Shown: positions 25,100-37,635, numbered from the stretch's first letter. The stretch: DNA of 64,000 bases from Prorocentrum cordatum (GCA_963575745.1 CAUYUJ010000115.1:124001-188000); one strand, 5' to 3'. The notes: generated from the sequence alone by a model not told the origin. Translations and numbers: made by a program.

Positions 25100-26182
25100 T
25101 CTCTCCTACAATGGCTGGATCGGCGCTCGCGGAGCTGCCGATCGGTGGCAGCGGATAGGCCCTCTCCGGCGGCCCCTGCGAGCCCCAGCAGGCTTCGGCG
25201 CGCTTCCAAGATGGCCCAAGAGCTTTCCGAGACGCACGAGGAGGCCCCCAACAGGGCCCCCAGACGGCCGAAGACGGTCCAGGAGGCTTCCGAAACGCTC
25301 CAAGTGGGCTCCACGACGAGCCCCAAGAGAGCCCGAACACAGAAAAATCGTCCCATTTCGTTTGGAAATAGTTCATTTTGGCAGTTCCCGAGCTTGCCCG
25401 CTTCATAGCGTCCAAAACGGCCATGCAGCGGCCCAAGATGGCCCCAGGACGGCTCCTGAGGCGCCCCTGGCGGCTACGGGGCACCCAAGACAGCCTCAAG
25501 AGCGGCCCAGGACGGCCCTAGACGACCCCCAGGGTGGGCCCAGACTGCTCCAGAGACGTCCAAGAAGGCCCCAGACAACCCCCAGACGGCCACGGACCGA
25601 CTCCACATGGAGCAAGGGGCACTCGAAACAGCCCCAGAGGGCCACAGGAGGCTTCCAGGAGGCCGAAAATAACTGAGAGGCTCCTAGACGACCCCCAGAG
25701 GCCCCAAGATCACGGCCCAAGAAGCACCGAAGACGGCGCCAAAAGACGGCCTAAGACGGCCACACACGGTCCCAAAACGTCTCCCAGCGCACCATGGGGC
25801 TCTGATGCGTGTTCGGCGCTCCTTGCCGGATTTGGCCCAAAATCCCTCGCCCGTTTTGTCGGTCTGGAGACCTCTCCGCGGCATCTTGAGGGCATGCCGT
25901 GTTTCGCTCTTCTGGTGGCCCAGAATCGCCTCGCCTCGGGGGGGTTCACAGCTTCGGAAGGTTTTTGAAACAGGCCCCAGAGGTCTTTTGGCGGGTCTCG
26001 ACCCTGCCCTATCATATTAGGACCGGTTCCTAGCGGGGATCATTTCGGGCCTGCTTTGGGGCTTCATGGGGCATTTTGGCGGGTCTCGGCCCTGCCCTAT
26101 CATGATAGGGCAGGGATTCGACGCCATTTGGGCCCACTTTGGGCCACCTCCGCCAGTGGCAGCAAGCACGGGTACACACTAG
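25100..26182 (+). mobile_element. Helitron-like unit
   Basis: A|TCTCTCCTACAATGG...CTAG|T with an imperfect hairpin at about 26156-26169. Body similar to 32305-33180. Confidence 0.7.
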
Positions 26183-26287
26183 TCAGCTACACCGCTGGGA
26201 TCAGCGCGTGCGAGAAGGGCAGGCAGTGGCAGCGGGCGCTGGCGCTGCTGAGCGAGATGCGGGCGGCGAAGCTGGAGCCTAACGTCA
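26183..26287 (+). CDS. PPR block, 1 repeat (105 bp)
   Basis: SYTAGISACEKGRQWQRALALLSEMRAAKLEPNV. Confidence 0.8.
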
Positions 26288-26293
26288 CCTCCA

Positions 26294-26469
26294 CAGTCGG
26301 GGCCCTCAAGAAGGAACCCTTTTCGTTGGGGAGGGGCTCCGTGTTCCTTGATTGCTTCACGGTCTGCCTTGGCTTTTCCTCTGGTCTTCGAGGGGAAATC
26401 GAAGTTCAACTTGTGGATGAAAGGGGCCTCGTTCCTTCTTTAGGGCTCCTTGGGTCAACGCTCCGACTG
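26294..26469. mobile_element. Tc1/mariner-type MITE, older copy
   Basis: CAGTCGG...CCGACTG ends with decayed flanks (CA/TG). Homologous to 26648-26824. Confidence 0.7.
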
Positions 26470-26647
26470 TGCTACACTGCAGGCACCCGCGCGAGCGAGA
26501 CGGACGGGGAGCCGGGGCGCGGGGCCCCGGCGCCCGGGCGGCCCCTGCGGGCTCCTGCGAGCCCCAGCAGGCCCCGGCGCGCTGCCAGAGGACCCCCGGG
26601 GCCCCCCAAGAGCAGCTCGGGGGCGGCAAAAGGGGGGGTGATGACTA

Positions 26648-26824
26648 CAGTCGGGGCCCTGAAGAAGGAACGCTTTTCGTTGGGGAGACTCTCGGTGTTC
26701 CTTGATTGTTTTACAGTTTGCCTCGGGTTCCCCGTAGGTTTTTGCATGGGGAATCGAAGTTTAACTTATGGAAAAGAGGGGCCTCGTTCCTTATTTAGGG
26801 TTCCTTAGGTCGAGGCCCCGACTG
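26648..26824. mobile_element. Tc1/mariner-type MITE
   Basis: TA|CAGTCGGGGCC...GGCCCCGACTG|TA: perfect 11-bp TIR and TA duplication. Confidence 0.82.
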
Positions 26825-28309
26825 TAGGGGGGAGGGGATAGCATGGCGGGGGCCATGATATGTCCCCAGGTTTCATGGCGCCCCTTGTTATTCCATTACG
26901 TCCCTGGCCCCCCCGCTGGGCCGCGCACGTGCCGCCGGTCATGATTTGCACCCCCCCCTCTTGGACACCCCCCTCTTGGCCGCTCCCGAGCAGCCCAAGA
27001 CGGTCCAGGAGGGCATCCGAGACGGTCCAAGAGCGATGGCAGACACCCAAGAGAGCCACCAGACGGCCCAAGAGGTTCCTAGAGCGCTCCAGGTCGGCTC
27101 CAAGAAGAGTCCCAAGAGAGCCCGCGCAGGGACAGATTGTCCCAATCCCTGGGGAAAACGTACATATTTGCAATTCCCGTGCATTTCGTTTCAAAGCGTC
27201 CAAGAGGACAATTCGCGCCCCCAAGATCACCCCAAGACGCCTCAGGAACGCTCCATGAGAACGGCTCAAGACGGCCCCAGGACTGCCCAAGACGGTTAAG
27301 GACCGTTCCTGAGGCGCCCACGACGGCCCAAGAGGCCCCCAGGAGGCCGCAAGACGGTCCAATGGGATTTCAAAAGGCCCCGCGGAGACTGAAAAGAAAC
27401 CCCGAGACTCTCGGGCCGAGAGGCACCCAAACAGTTCCCAAGGAGGAAGCGCCCGCCATTAGTGGCCGCATAGGGGGCGTTGCCTTCCTGAGTTGGGTGC
27501 GGGCGCGAGAGCGCGAAGCTAAACTGGCTCCTAACGGCGCCCCAGACGGCTCCGAACTGCTCAAAGGGCGCCACCACGACCTTAAGACGGTTCCGAGCCG
27601 CTCCAGAGACCGCCCCGATGGCCCCAAGGGCGCTCCGAGCCGCTCAAGAGGCCATTCCGACGGCACCAATGGCTTCAGGGTAGGCCAGGAGCCTCCGAAG
27701 ACGGCCCTCGAGGATTCCCGAGGACAGCCCCGAGACGCAAACATCGTCCCATTCCCACTGTGTTTTTTCTCTCGTGCATTTTGTCCCCGACGCGTCCACG
27801 ATGGCCACAGAGCCCCCTACGATCGTCCTAAGATGCACCCATCAGGGCCCCAAGACGGGCCCAGGACGGCCCAAGAGGCGCCCAAGGCAACCCGAGATGC
27901 ACCAGAGACAGTCCCAAAGACGGCCCCAGACGGCCCGAGACGGCCCGAACACGGCCCAATGGGCGCCCAATACGGACCACGACGGCCCCAAGACGGCCCC
28001 GAAGGCACCCAAGACAGCCCCAAGAGCCACCCAAGGCGGTCCCAAACGGCCCCCAGACGGCCCGAGAGGCGCCCCAAACGGCCCAGGACGGTTCCGAGAC
28101 GGCCCAAACGGCACCGACGAGAGCCCAAGAATGTCCAAAGAGGCTCCCTCGAACCCGACAAAAAAGACCAAGAGGCCCCACACGGACCCAACAGGGGGGG
28201 CGGACGAGAGGTGAAGAGGCAGAACGCAGGCCCCAACAGCCGCTTTCGATGCCCCCGAGGGTCTACGATTGACGATCCAAGATCCAGGGCATGCAGGATC
28301 GAGGTATGA

Positions 28310-28616
28310 TGGAGCAGGAGGAGCAGCAGGAGCAGCAGGAGGAGGAGGAGGAGGAGGAGGAGGAGGAGGAGGAGGAGGACGAGGAGGACGAGGAGGACGA
28401 GGAGGACGAGGAGGAGGCGGAGGCAGAGGAGCAGGAGGAGCAGGAGGAGGAGAAGGAGGAGGAGGAGGAGCAGGAGGAGGAGAAGGAGGAGGAGGAGGAG
28501 GCGGAGGAGGAGGAGGAGGAGCAGGGGGAGGAGGAAGAGGAGGAGGGGGAGGAGGAGGAGGAGGAGGAGGAGGAGGAGGGGGAGGAGGAGGAGGAGGAGG
28601 GGGAGGAGGAGGAGAA
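28310..28616. repeat. (GGA)n-type microsatellite (representative; similar tracts at 1890, 2530, 14935, 38670, 40540, 50340)
   Basis: Seen directly in the sequence. Confidence 0.95.
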
Positions 28617-29295
28617 GGCTCCGAAGAGCGCCTCATGAGGGTCCAGATGATCTTCGGATCTCTGAACGTGGCCCTAAGACGGCCCAAGAGGAGCCCAGAC
28701 GGCACAAGAGGGTCCCAAAAGGTCCCGAACGTGTCCACAAGAGGACCTGAGAGGCCCTCAACCCCTCGAGTGGCCCCAAGAGGCTTCAAAACTGCCTCCA
28801 AGAGAGGGGGCCCAGCGCTCCTGACACGCCCGAGAGAGCGTCTCCTTCAACAGAGCTCCAACAGAACGGCTTTCCCAACGTAGCGGAGCACGTCGGACCC
28901 AACAGCGGTTTGTGTTAAGTTTATTTAATTGTCACACCCTCTTGAAGCTCTCTTGGGCCCTCCCTGGAGATCCTTGCGAGCCTCCCCAGCGCTCCCGGTG
29001 GCTTTCCCCGAGGGCCTCCCGAGCCCTTCCCCGGGCGCTCCTGAGACGCCTCAGAAGGGCCTCGACTTTGACGCATCTCCGAGGGGCTCAAGCACTGCCC
29101 TCGATGGGAGGGGGCGAAGGAGCCGCGCGCTGGGGCCGAGCTGCTGGGGCGCGGCAAGAGCTCGGACGCGAAGGCGCGGTCTCGCTTCCGCCGCCCCCGC
29201 CGCCGCCGTGCTCAGGTTTTCGGCAAAATCTCCACCGTTCCTCCGAGAACCATTCCAGAAAGATCTCGTGGACGGAGTCCACGGGTCGGCCCTAG

Positions 29296-31185
29296 TCTAG
29301 ACACGAACGCCGGAGGCGCCGCGTGCCAGAATGACGCAAACCGCCCCGGGCTGGCCCTGGGCCGCCCCAGGCCGCCCAGGGAAGCTTCAAGACGGGCCAA
29401 GAGGGCCCCAAAACGCCCCCGAGACGGCCCAAGAGTGCCCCGAGACGCCCAATGATCGGGCCAAGACGCCCAAGATTGGCCTAAGGACGGCCCAAGATGT
29501 ACCCAAGACGCCCCAAGAGGCCTGTTAAGAGGGTCCCGAGCGGCAGAAATCGGTGAAGCTCACGTGTTTTTTGTATGTTTTTTGCAGTCTCTCTTTGTCG
29601 GCTTCCCGACGCTCGAAGACCGCCCAAGAGGCCCCCAAGACCGCTCCAAAACGGCCGAAGAGGCCCCCAAAAGAGCTCCAAGACGTCCCAAGAGGGCCCC
29701 ATGACGGCCCAAGAGGGCCCTATGACGGCCGAAGAGGCGCGCAGGAGAGCCCAAAATGCCGCCAAGAAGGCTTCAAAAGAGGCCCAAGAGAGGGACCACA
29801 TACTAAAATATCTAGCTGGCCTCCCCGAGGCCCCAAGGAGCTCCCGACGGGCCCCGGCAGACCCCCAAGAGGCTCCCAAGAGACTCCAAGAAGCTCCCAA
29901 ACTGCTCCCAGGAGGCCCTACGAGCCTTCCGAATTGCTTCCAAGAAGGAGCTCACGAGAGGCGAGAGGCATCTCTCAGACCCAAAGGAGCCGTCTTGGAC
30001 GACACTGCGAGGGCATTGGATGTTTGTCTTCTCGGAGGCTTCGTCGTCGCCTCGACGACTGATGCTCGAAGATCGAAGGGATGAGGAATGAAGGAGAGGA
30101 GGAGGCCCAGGAGGAGGTGGAGAGCGCGCTCACCTGGGCGCCGTGGCCAAGGGTGCCGACTGCGTCGACGCGTGCCTGACCGCACGCAGGCCCGCCTGCG
30201 CACAGTCACGCTGTCGAGATTGCCCTTGCGTTCTTGTCTGGTCGGGCCTGTGGCTTCGCCTTTCGCAGCCGTGATTATTGAACATGGTCGTCCAAGGGTC
30301 TCGCATCCAGTCGTTGCTTCCGCACACCAGCATCTTTCCGTCCGGGCTCAGAGGCCTCCGGGTGCGCGCCGGCAGCCTCGGAACATAGAGCACCCATGCC
30401 GCTCTTCTGTTGGTCTCCTTGCGCGGCAGATTCTGCCCGCACGGGTGTCCCGTTCAGGACACTCGTAGGCGCACGGCCATACTCCTTTGTTCCGAGGCAG
30501 CTGCGGATTGCACAAAGTCACATCGGACGGAGATTTCTATACAGGGTGTGCGCCGGCGCGCCATTGGGCGTACGCACTGGTCACAACGCACTCATGCACC
30601 CCTTCTGTTCCCATTTTCTGCCAGCCGTTCCGTGGAAGCGTCCCGCCAGCTTCCTCACACTTCTTCAGCCCCACTCCACTACTTCGGAGGCAGTGCGATA
30701 TCCTCGGACGATGCTCCTGCGGACCATTCCTCCGCCTCGGCCCCCAGGATAATCAGGCACTCCAGGATATCTTATTTCCTTTTGCCTTCGGAGCACCTCC
30801 AATGCCCTTGGGAATCCCGACGAAGCATCCCACAAGCCACTTCGGCTCTTCCTTCGCTGATGTCCTACTTCGGAAGCAAGTCGATACCCTCGGACGATGC
30901 TCCTGTGGGTTCTCTCTCCGCACCGGCCACCTAGCAACATAAGGCCCTACAGGCTCTCTGATTCCCCATTCGTTAAGGAGCAGCTCCGGGGCGCAAGAGA
31001 GTCCCGTCGCACCCCCCCGCCAGCTTCTTCTTCTTCTTTTTCCTCGCAGATGTCCTTCTTCTGTTTCCTCTCGCACGCTCAACCGATTCGCTTTCGCACG
31101 GCCTCTCCTCTTCCGTCTCCACGCCGCGGCGGGCACGCCATCGGGCGGACTCCGCGGCTGGAACAAGGCCGCGGGTCAGCCCTAG
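29296..31185 (+). mobile_element. Helitron-like unit (head-to-tail junctions on both sides)
   Basis: 5' TCTAGACACGAACGCC..., body related to 923-1300. 3' CCGCGGC...GCCGCGG (31152-31174) + CTAG. Confidence 0.7.
30500..30990 (+). pseudogene. Possible LINE APE-endonuclease relic
   Basis: DGDF..., HSRISYFLLP...SDDAPV resemble the GDFN, SRIDY and SDHxPV motifs. Degenerate. Confidence 0.35.
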
Positions 31186-32094
31186 TCTCTCCTACATGGC
31201 CGGGGGGAGTGCGCGCGAGAAGCCCAGGGTCTCAAGTGGACAAAATCGCCTCTTTACGGCGCCACCGCGGGGCCGAATCGCTCAGGCCGGTCCCAGGGGC
31301 GCTCCAGAGGGGTTCCCAGACCGTCCCAGAGCGTTCCAAGACGGCCTCAGTGGGTCCCGAAACGGCCCACGAGGGCCCGAAGCCTTCCGGGGGAGGTTCC
31401 ACGACGATCCAAGAGGCCGCAAAGACGCCCCAAGAGGGCCCCGAGCGCACGCCAAAGAGGCACAAATCGTCACATTCCCATAAGAAAGCGTATCTTTTCA
31501 GCCGCGCAGGACACGCCAAGAGGCCTCCCAAATCGCCCCCCAAAAAGCCAGCGCCCCCTAAGAGGGCTCCAAGACGGCCCACAAGAGCCCCAAGACGACG
31601 CCAGAGAGCCTTCAAACGGCCTCACAGAACCCCAAGACGGCCCCAAGAGAGTTCCGAGGGGGCCCCAAGAGGCTCCCAAGACGGCCTCAGGCAGCCTCAA
31701 GAGAGCTCCAAGACGGTCCAAGGCCTCCCGGACGCCTCGTGACGGCCCAAACTGGCCCCAAGACGTCCCAAAACGCTCCCAGAGCAGCCCCAAGAAACTT
31801 CAGAATGGCCCGAACAAAAAAAAACACAAGGACCACCAAGCAGGCCCAGAGACGCCCATTAAAAGAGCGATCGGTGAAGTACAAAGCTCTTCTCACCAAG
31901 GCTCCCAAGAGCGAGCCGCAGCGTAGAGAGCTCTCCAAGGGAACAGCCCACAAGAGCGAGCGGTGACGTGACCAGCCCTTCACACAGGGGCTCTCAAAAG
32001 CGAAGGGCGCCTGCCATTTCGGGCCAGGAGGACCAGGTGCTCCTCAAGGGCCACCTCGAGAAGGTCGTGGACGAAGTCCACGGGTTCGCCCTAG
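31186..32094 (+). mobile_element. Helitron-like unit
   Basis: 5' TCTCTCCTACATGG. 3' CGTGGAC-GAA-GTCCACG (32066-32082) + CTAG. Confidence 0.78.
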
Positions 32095-32304
32095 TTAGCT
32101 ACAATGTTGGGATCAGCGCGTGCGAGAAGGGCAAGCAGTGGCATCGGGCCCTGGCGCTGCTGAGCGAGATGCGAAAGGCCAAGCTGGAACCCGACGTCAT
32201 CAGCTACACCGCTGGGAGCAGCGCGTGCGAGAAGGGCGAGCAGTGGCAGCGCGCTCTGGCGTTGCTGAGAGAGATGTGGGACGTGAGGCTGGAGCCTAAC
32301 GTCA
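32095..32304 (+). CDS. PPR block, 2 repeats (210 bp)
   Basis: SYNVGISACEKGKQWHRALALLSEMRKAKLEPDVI SYTAGSSACEKGEQWQRALALLREMWDVRLEPNV. Confidence 0.8.
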
Positions 32305-33700
32305 TCTCTACTACAATGCAAGGGCCCGCGCGTGCGGGAAAGGTCGACGCCCCGGTGGCCCCTGCGAGCCCCCGAGAGCCCCCAGACGGGTCCAAGATGG
32401 CTCCGAGACGCTCGCCGCACCGACGGCCCAAAGACGGCTCCGAACCGCTCAAGAGGCCGCCTCGACGGCCCCAGAAGCCCCCAGGGCAGGCCAGGAGGCT
32501 CCCAAGACGGCCCTGGAGGACCTACCAGGTGAGCCCCAAGAGGCCAAAGTCGTCCCATTCCGTTGGGGAAACATATTTTGGGCATTCCCGTGCTTTGCGT
32601 TTCCGACGCGTCCGCGACGGCCATAGAGGCCCCCAAGATCGTCCGAAAATGCCCCCATGAGGACCCAACGACGGCCCAAGACGACCACAGGACGGCCCAA
32701 GAGGCGCCCAACACGGCCCAAGAGGTGCCCAAGACGGGCCCAGATGGCCCCAAAACAACCACCCGAGAGGCAACCAATGCGGCCCAAGAGGGCTCCCAAA
32801 GCCCAGAACGTTTCAAAAGGGCCCCAGTACGGCTCTTGAGGCGCCCATGGCGGCCCAAGAGACGGCCCAAGGGCCCCAAGCGGCGCCAAAACTCTTGAGG
32901 CGCCCCTGGCGGCCTACGGGTACTCAAGACAGTCTCAAGAGAGGCCCAGGACGGCCCAAGACGACCCCCAGACGGTGCCCACACGGTTGAAGAGGCACCC
33001 GAGACGGCCCAAGAAGGCCCCAGAAGGTTTTCAGAAGGCCGAAATAAGCACTGAAAGGCTTCTAAACGAGCCCCAGAGGCGCCAAGATCACGGCCCAGGA
33101 AACACCGACGACAGCACCACCAACAGCAGCCTGAGACGGCCCGGAGACGGATCCAGAACGGCTCCAAGCGCACCATGGGCCGGTCACAAAACCTGGCCGA
33201 TTCTGGGCCGGCGGGCCGGTGGCCCAGAATCGGCGAGGCCGATTCTGGGCCAGAAGGCTGCTGGCCCAGAGTCGCCCCAGCCTGGAAGCGCGCGCGGCCG
33301 CCCAGGGCGCGCCGGGCGGGAGTCTGGGCCGGCGGCGCAGTTCGCCCAAGGCGCGTTGGGCGGGATTCTTGGCTGGTGGTGCGGCGGTCTAGAAGTGGTC
33401 CCGCCGATTCTGGGCTGGCGGGCCTGCGGCCCAGAGTCGTCCTGGCCGGCGGCGTGGCGGCCCAGAGTCGGCCCCGCCGATTCTAGGCCGGCGGGTCGGG
33501 GGCTCAAAATCGGCTGGGTGGCTCCAGAGGCGCGCGTGGCCCTGGGAGCGAGGGGCAGGACTCTGGGAGGGCGGGCCGGGGGGCGCCCAGAATCGGCACC
33601 GCCGACTTTGGGTCGGCGGGCTGGTGGTCCCTAATCGGGCCAGCCTAGCCTTGCAGCCCGTGGTCGCCGCCGCCGCCGCCGCCGTCGTCGTCGTCGTCGA

Positions 33701-33784
<84 letters not shown>

Positions 33785-33972
33785 TGCCGTCGTCGGTGTC
33801 GTTGGGGCCTGTTGGGGGCTCGTTAGGGGCTCCCAGACGGGCGAGCAGCGCTACCTGGCGCCCCCGCAGCTCAGCGATATGTGGCAGGCAAGCATGACGC
33901 CATTCATCCTGCTCGCCTTGCGGTAGCACCCGTTCACCCCGCAAGTGGACGTAGTCCACGGGTCAGCCTTAG
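32305..33972 (+). mobile_element. Helitron-like unit
   Basis: A|TCTCTACTACAATGC...GTGGAC-GTA-GTCCAC (33945-33959) + TTAG|T. Contains a decayed PPR at about 33830-33900 (TGEQRYLAPPQLSDMWQASMTP). Confidence 0.78.
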
Positions 33973-34287
33973 TCAGCTACAACGCTGGGATCAGCGCGTG
34001 CGCCAAGGGCGAGCAGTGGCAGCGCGCTCTGGCGCTGCTGAGCGAGATGTGTGAGGCTAAGCTGGATCCCGACGTCATCAGCTACAACGCTGGGATCAGC
34101 GCGTGCGCGAAGGGCGAGCAGTGGCAGCGCGCTCTGGTTCTGCTAAGCAAGATGCGGGAGGCGAAGCTGGAGCCCGCCGTCATCAGTTACAATGCCGGGA
34201 TCCGTGCGTGTTCGAATGCCGAGCAGTGGCATCGGGCCATGGCGCTGCTGAGCGAGATGCGGAAGGCTAAGCTGGAGCCCGACGTCA
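33973..34287 (+). CDS. PPR block, 3 repeats (315 bp)
   Basis: Three in-frame SYNAGI..C..GEQWQRALALLSEM..AKLEPDV-type units. Confidence 0.85.
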
Positions 34288-37200
34288 TCTTCTCTACAAT
34301 GCAGAGACCCGTGCGTGCGGGAAGGGTCCCTGTCTTGATGGAGCGAAAGTACCCCACAACGGCTCCAGGGACGCCCCAGAGGCGCTCACGCGGCCCAAGA
34401 GGCGCCCAGGACGGCCTCAGACACCCCCAAAACGGCCCAAGAGCGCTCCAAGAGAGCTCAAGACCGCCGAAAACGGCCCCGACAAGGCCCAGGAGGCCTC
34501 CACGACGGCCCCAGAGACGCTCAAGAGGCGTCCCAGGATGGCCCCCACAGGCCCAAATCATTGTTTTTCCAACGAGAAACGTTCAATTCTTGACGCTTCG
34601 CGTATCCCCACCAGCGCCTGGGTATACACGGTCTCGTTCCGCCTGTGCTCTCCGTCTCTTTCGACTGCACTGTGACACTGTGTTGTGCACACGCCGCGTT
34701 TCGACGGGAGCGTGCATCAGGTGCCCTTTACCCGTTGGGTCTGGGCCGATACGTCTTGGTGGTGTAGTCTTCTCGGATCATGGATACACCTTGATGTCGC
34801 TGACGCCGCGGCTCGCTGCCGCCGTCGGGATCCTCGTTGGAATTACCTCCCCGACCTCTGTGCTACCCGACAGGCTGGGGCTGGCGTCCTCGGTCGTTCC
34901 CTTGTCCGCCTTTGGACGTTGGAACGTTTTCGCGCCATTTTGGCTGCGCTAGGTGGTCTCGGTGCCTACCTCAGGCCTGTTGGACGCACCTGCATGCCCG
35001 TTCAGGGGCTGTCATGGCACTGGATTGCATCGTCTTCGCCTCCCTGGACGCTGTCGTGAGCCGCCTGATCCGCGGCCCTGCGCGCGTTGGGTAATTTAGT
35101 CGCCTCCGCGGCCCGTTCGCGACCTTCCGCCGCTGGCGCTTCCGCCTGCGGCTGTAAAAAAATATATCCCCACCAGCCCATCCTACACCAGGCAGTCGAA
35201 CGAAGAGCGCCGATGATCGGCAGCTGTTCTTCTCCCCCTCTTCCTCCTTCTCCTCCGCCTTCTTCCTCTTCCTCTCCTCCTCCCTCTCCTCCTCCTTTTC
35301 CTCCTCCTCCTTCTCCTCCTCCTCCTCTTCCTCCGCCTCTTCCTCCTCCCTGGTGGCGTCTTGGAGGTATCTTCGAACGGTTTGGTGGGCTCTTGGGCCT
35401 TGCGGGCGGGCGGGCGGCGCTCCGCCCGCCCGCGCGCAGGGCCCAAGAGCCCTTTTAGACGCCATCGGTGCGCTTTGGGGCCCTTTTAGACGCCATCGGG
35501 GCGCTCTGGGGGGGGGCATCTTGGAGCAAATCTATCAAAGAAGAGCAGAGTTTTAATTAGCGTTGCCCCTCCAGACTGTTTAGAATCGTTTCCTGGACCC
35601 CTCTTGGGTCGCTCTTGGAGCGCTCTTGGACGCTGTTGAGGCAGTCTTGAGGATCTCTTGGGCCCCTGTTGGAGCCCAGTTGGGACATCTTGGCGCCATC
35701 TTGAGGCCTCGGATGGGCTTCGGAAACGAAAAAGTGAGAACACCAAAAACATTGATTTTCCCCAGGGTTTTGAAGCATTTCGGCCTTTTGAGGGCACTCT
35801 AATGATGCTCTTGTGGGCACTTGGAACCATCATGGAACGGTCTTGGAACGTGTTGGAGCGTCTTCTGAACCATCTTCAGGCATCTTGCGCTATCTTGAGT
35901 CATCTTGGAGGCGATCTTGGGCTTTCTGAGGCCCTCTTGGAGCCGTCCTGGGCCATCTTGGACGCTCTGACCGCTCCCCGCCCCTCCTGTCCAGGTCAGT
36001 GGGGAGGGGGGAGGTGGAGGGGTAAACCCCTCCCCGAAGGGGAAGAGGGAGGGGTGGAAGAGGAAACGCCCTAAACCACCGACGCCCGGAGGGCTGGTGG
36101 GATTTTAGCACACACACACACACACACTGCTTGTCGGGAGTATGGCGCAGAAGATGGGACAAGAGGTCCCCACGACCGCCCCAAGACGGCCCAAGAGGCC
36201 CCCCAGAGGCACGAAAACCGGCCCGCGAGAGCGTCAAGAGACCCAAGAGGCGCCCAACACGGCCCCCAGGCGGCCCCAAGAGGCTCCCAGGAGGCGCCCA
36301 GGACGGCCCCACACACCCCAAAGACGGCCCAAGAGCGCTCCAAGAGAGCCCAAGACCGCCGAAGACAAACCCAAGACGGCCCAGGAGGCCTCCACGACGG
36401 CCCCAGAGACGCCCAAGAGGCGTCCAAGGATGGCCCCCAGAGGCGAAAATCATAGTTTTCCAGAAGAAAAGCACTCACTTCTAGCATGCGCTGCTTGTCG
36501 GGAGTATGGCGCAGAAGCTGGTTCCAGGTCCCCACGACCGCCCCAAGACGGCCCAAGAGGCTCCCAAGACGCACGAAAACCGGCCCGAGAGGGCGTCAAG
36601 AGAGCCCAGGAGCCGCCCAAAACGGCCCCGGGGCGACACCAAGAGGTTCCCAGGACGGCCCAAGGTATCCCCAAGACGCTCCAAGAGCGCTCCACGACAA
36701 GCCAAGACTGCCTTTTGCGGCGCCAAGACGGCCCAAGACGCCTCTACGACGGCCGAAGAGACGCCGAAGAGGCTTCCCAGGAGGGCCTCAGGAGGCCACA
36801 ATTATCGCTTTCCCAACGGAAACCGTACACATGTCAGCATCTCCGGCTTTCCGGGTTTCATGGCGTAGACGACGGCCCAAGAGGCCCCAACACCGCCCCA
36901 AGACGGCCCAGGAGGCTCCCACAGGGGATCCACACCGGCCCGACGGAGCGTCAAGACATGTAGCCGAAGAGCCGCCCAAGACGGCCCGGCAGGGCCGCAA
37001 TACGGCCCCCAGAGCTTCCCAACACGGCCCAAGGTTCCCCCAAGACGGCCCCAGAGCGCTCCAAGAGGTGTCGAAGATAGCGGGGCGAGGCACCAGTGTG
37101 CCATTTCAGGGGCCTCCCTGAGCTTCTGCTCCTCCTCCTCCTCCTCCTCCTCCTCCTCCTCCTCCTCCTCCTCCTCCCCCACCTCCCCCTCCTCATCCTC

Positions 37201-37635
37201 CACGTCCTCCTCCTCCTCATCCTGCTGCTGCCCCAGAGGCGCTCACGCGGCCCAAGAGGCGCCCAGAACGGTCCCAGACACCCCCAAAACGGCCCAAGAG
37301 CGCTCCAAGAGAGCTCAAGACCGCCGAAAACGGCCCCGACAAGGCCCAGGAGGTCTCCACGACGGCCCCAGAGACGCCCAAGAGGCGTCCCAGGATGGCC
37401 CCCACAGGCCCAAATCAGTGTTTTTCCAACGACAAACGTCCAGTTTTAGCACGCACTGCTTGTCGGGAATATGGCGCACAAGATGGGACAAGAGGTCCCC
37501 ACGACCGCCCCAAGACGGCCCAAGAGGCCCCCCAGAGGCACGAAAACCGGCCCGAGAGAGCGTCAAGAGACCCAAGAGGCGCCCATCACGGCCCCCAGGC
37601 GGCCCCAAGAGGCTCCCAGGAGGCGCCCAGGACGG
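34288..37635 (+). mobile_element. Helitron-like unit, 3'-truncated by the foldback
   Basis: 5' TCTTCTCTACAATGCAGAGACCCGTGCG, same family as the minus-strand unit starting at 62503. Internal insertion at about 34590-36103 and partial duplication at 37232-37635. Confidence 0.65.

Larger units (their letters stand above)
26288..29295 (+). mobile_element. Helitron-like unit, 5' end interrupted by a MITE
   Basis: Removing the MITE restores CCTC-(TA)-CTACACTGCAGGCACCCGCGCGAGCG. 3' CGTGGAC-GGA-GTCCACG (29267-29283) + CTAG. Confidence 0.7.

Noticed and set aside
34934..34945. GCCATTTTGGCT partial spliced-leader match
   Set aside because: 12 nt, lacks the CAAG end and has no associated gene start.
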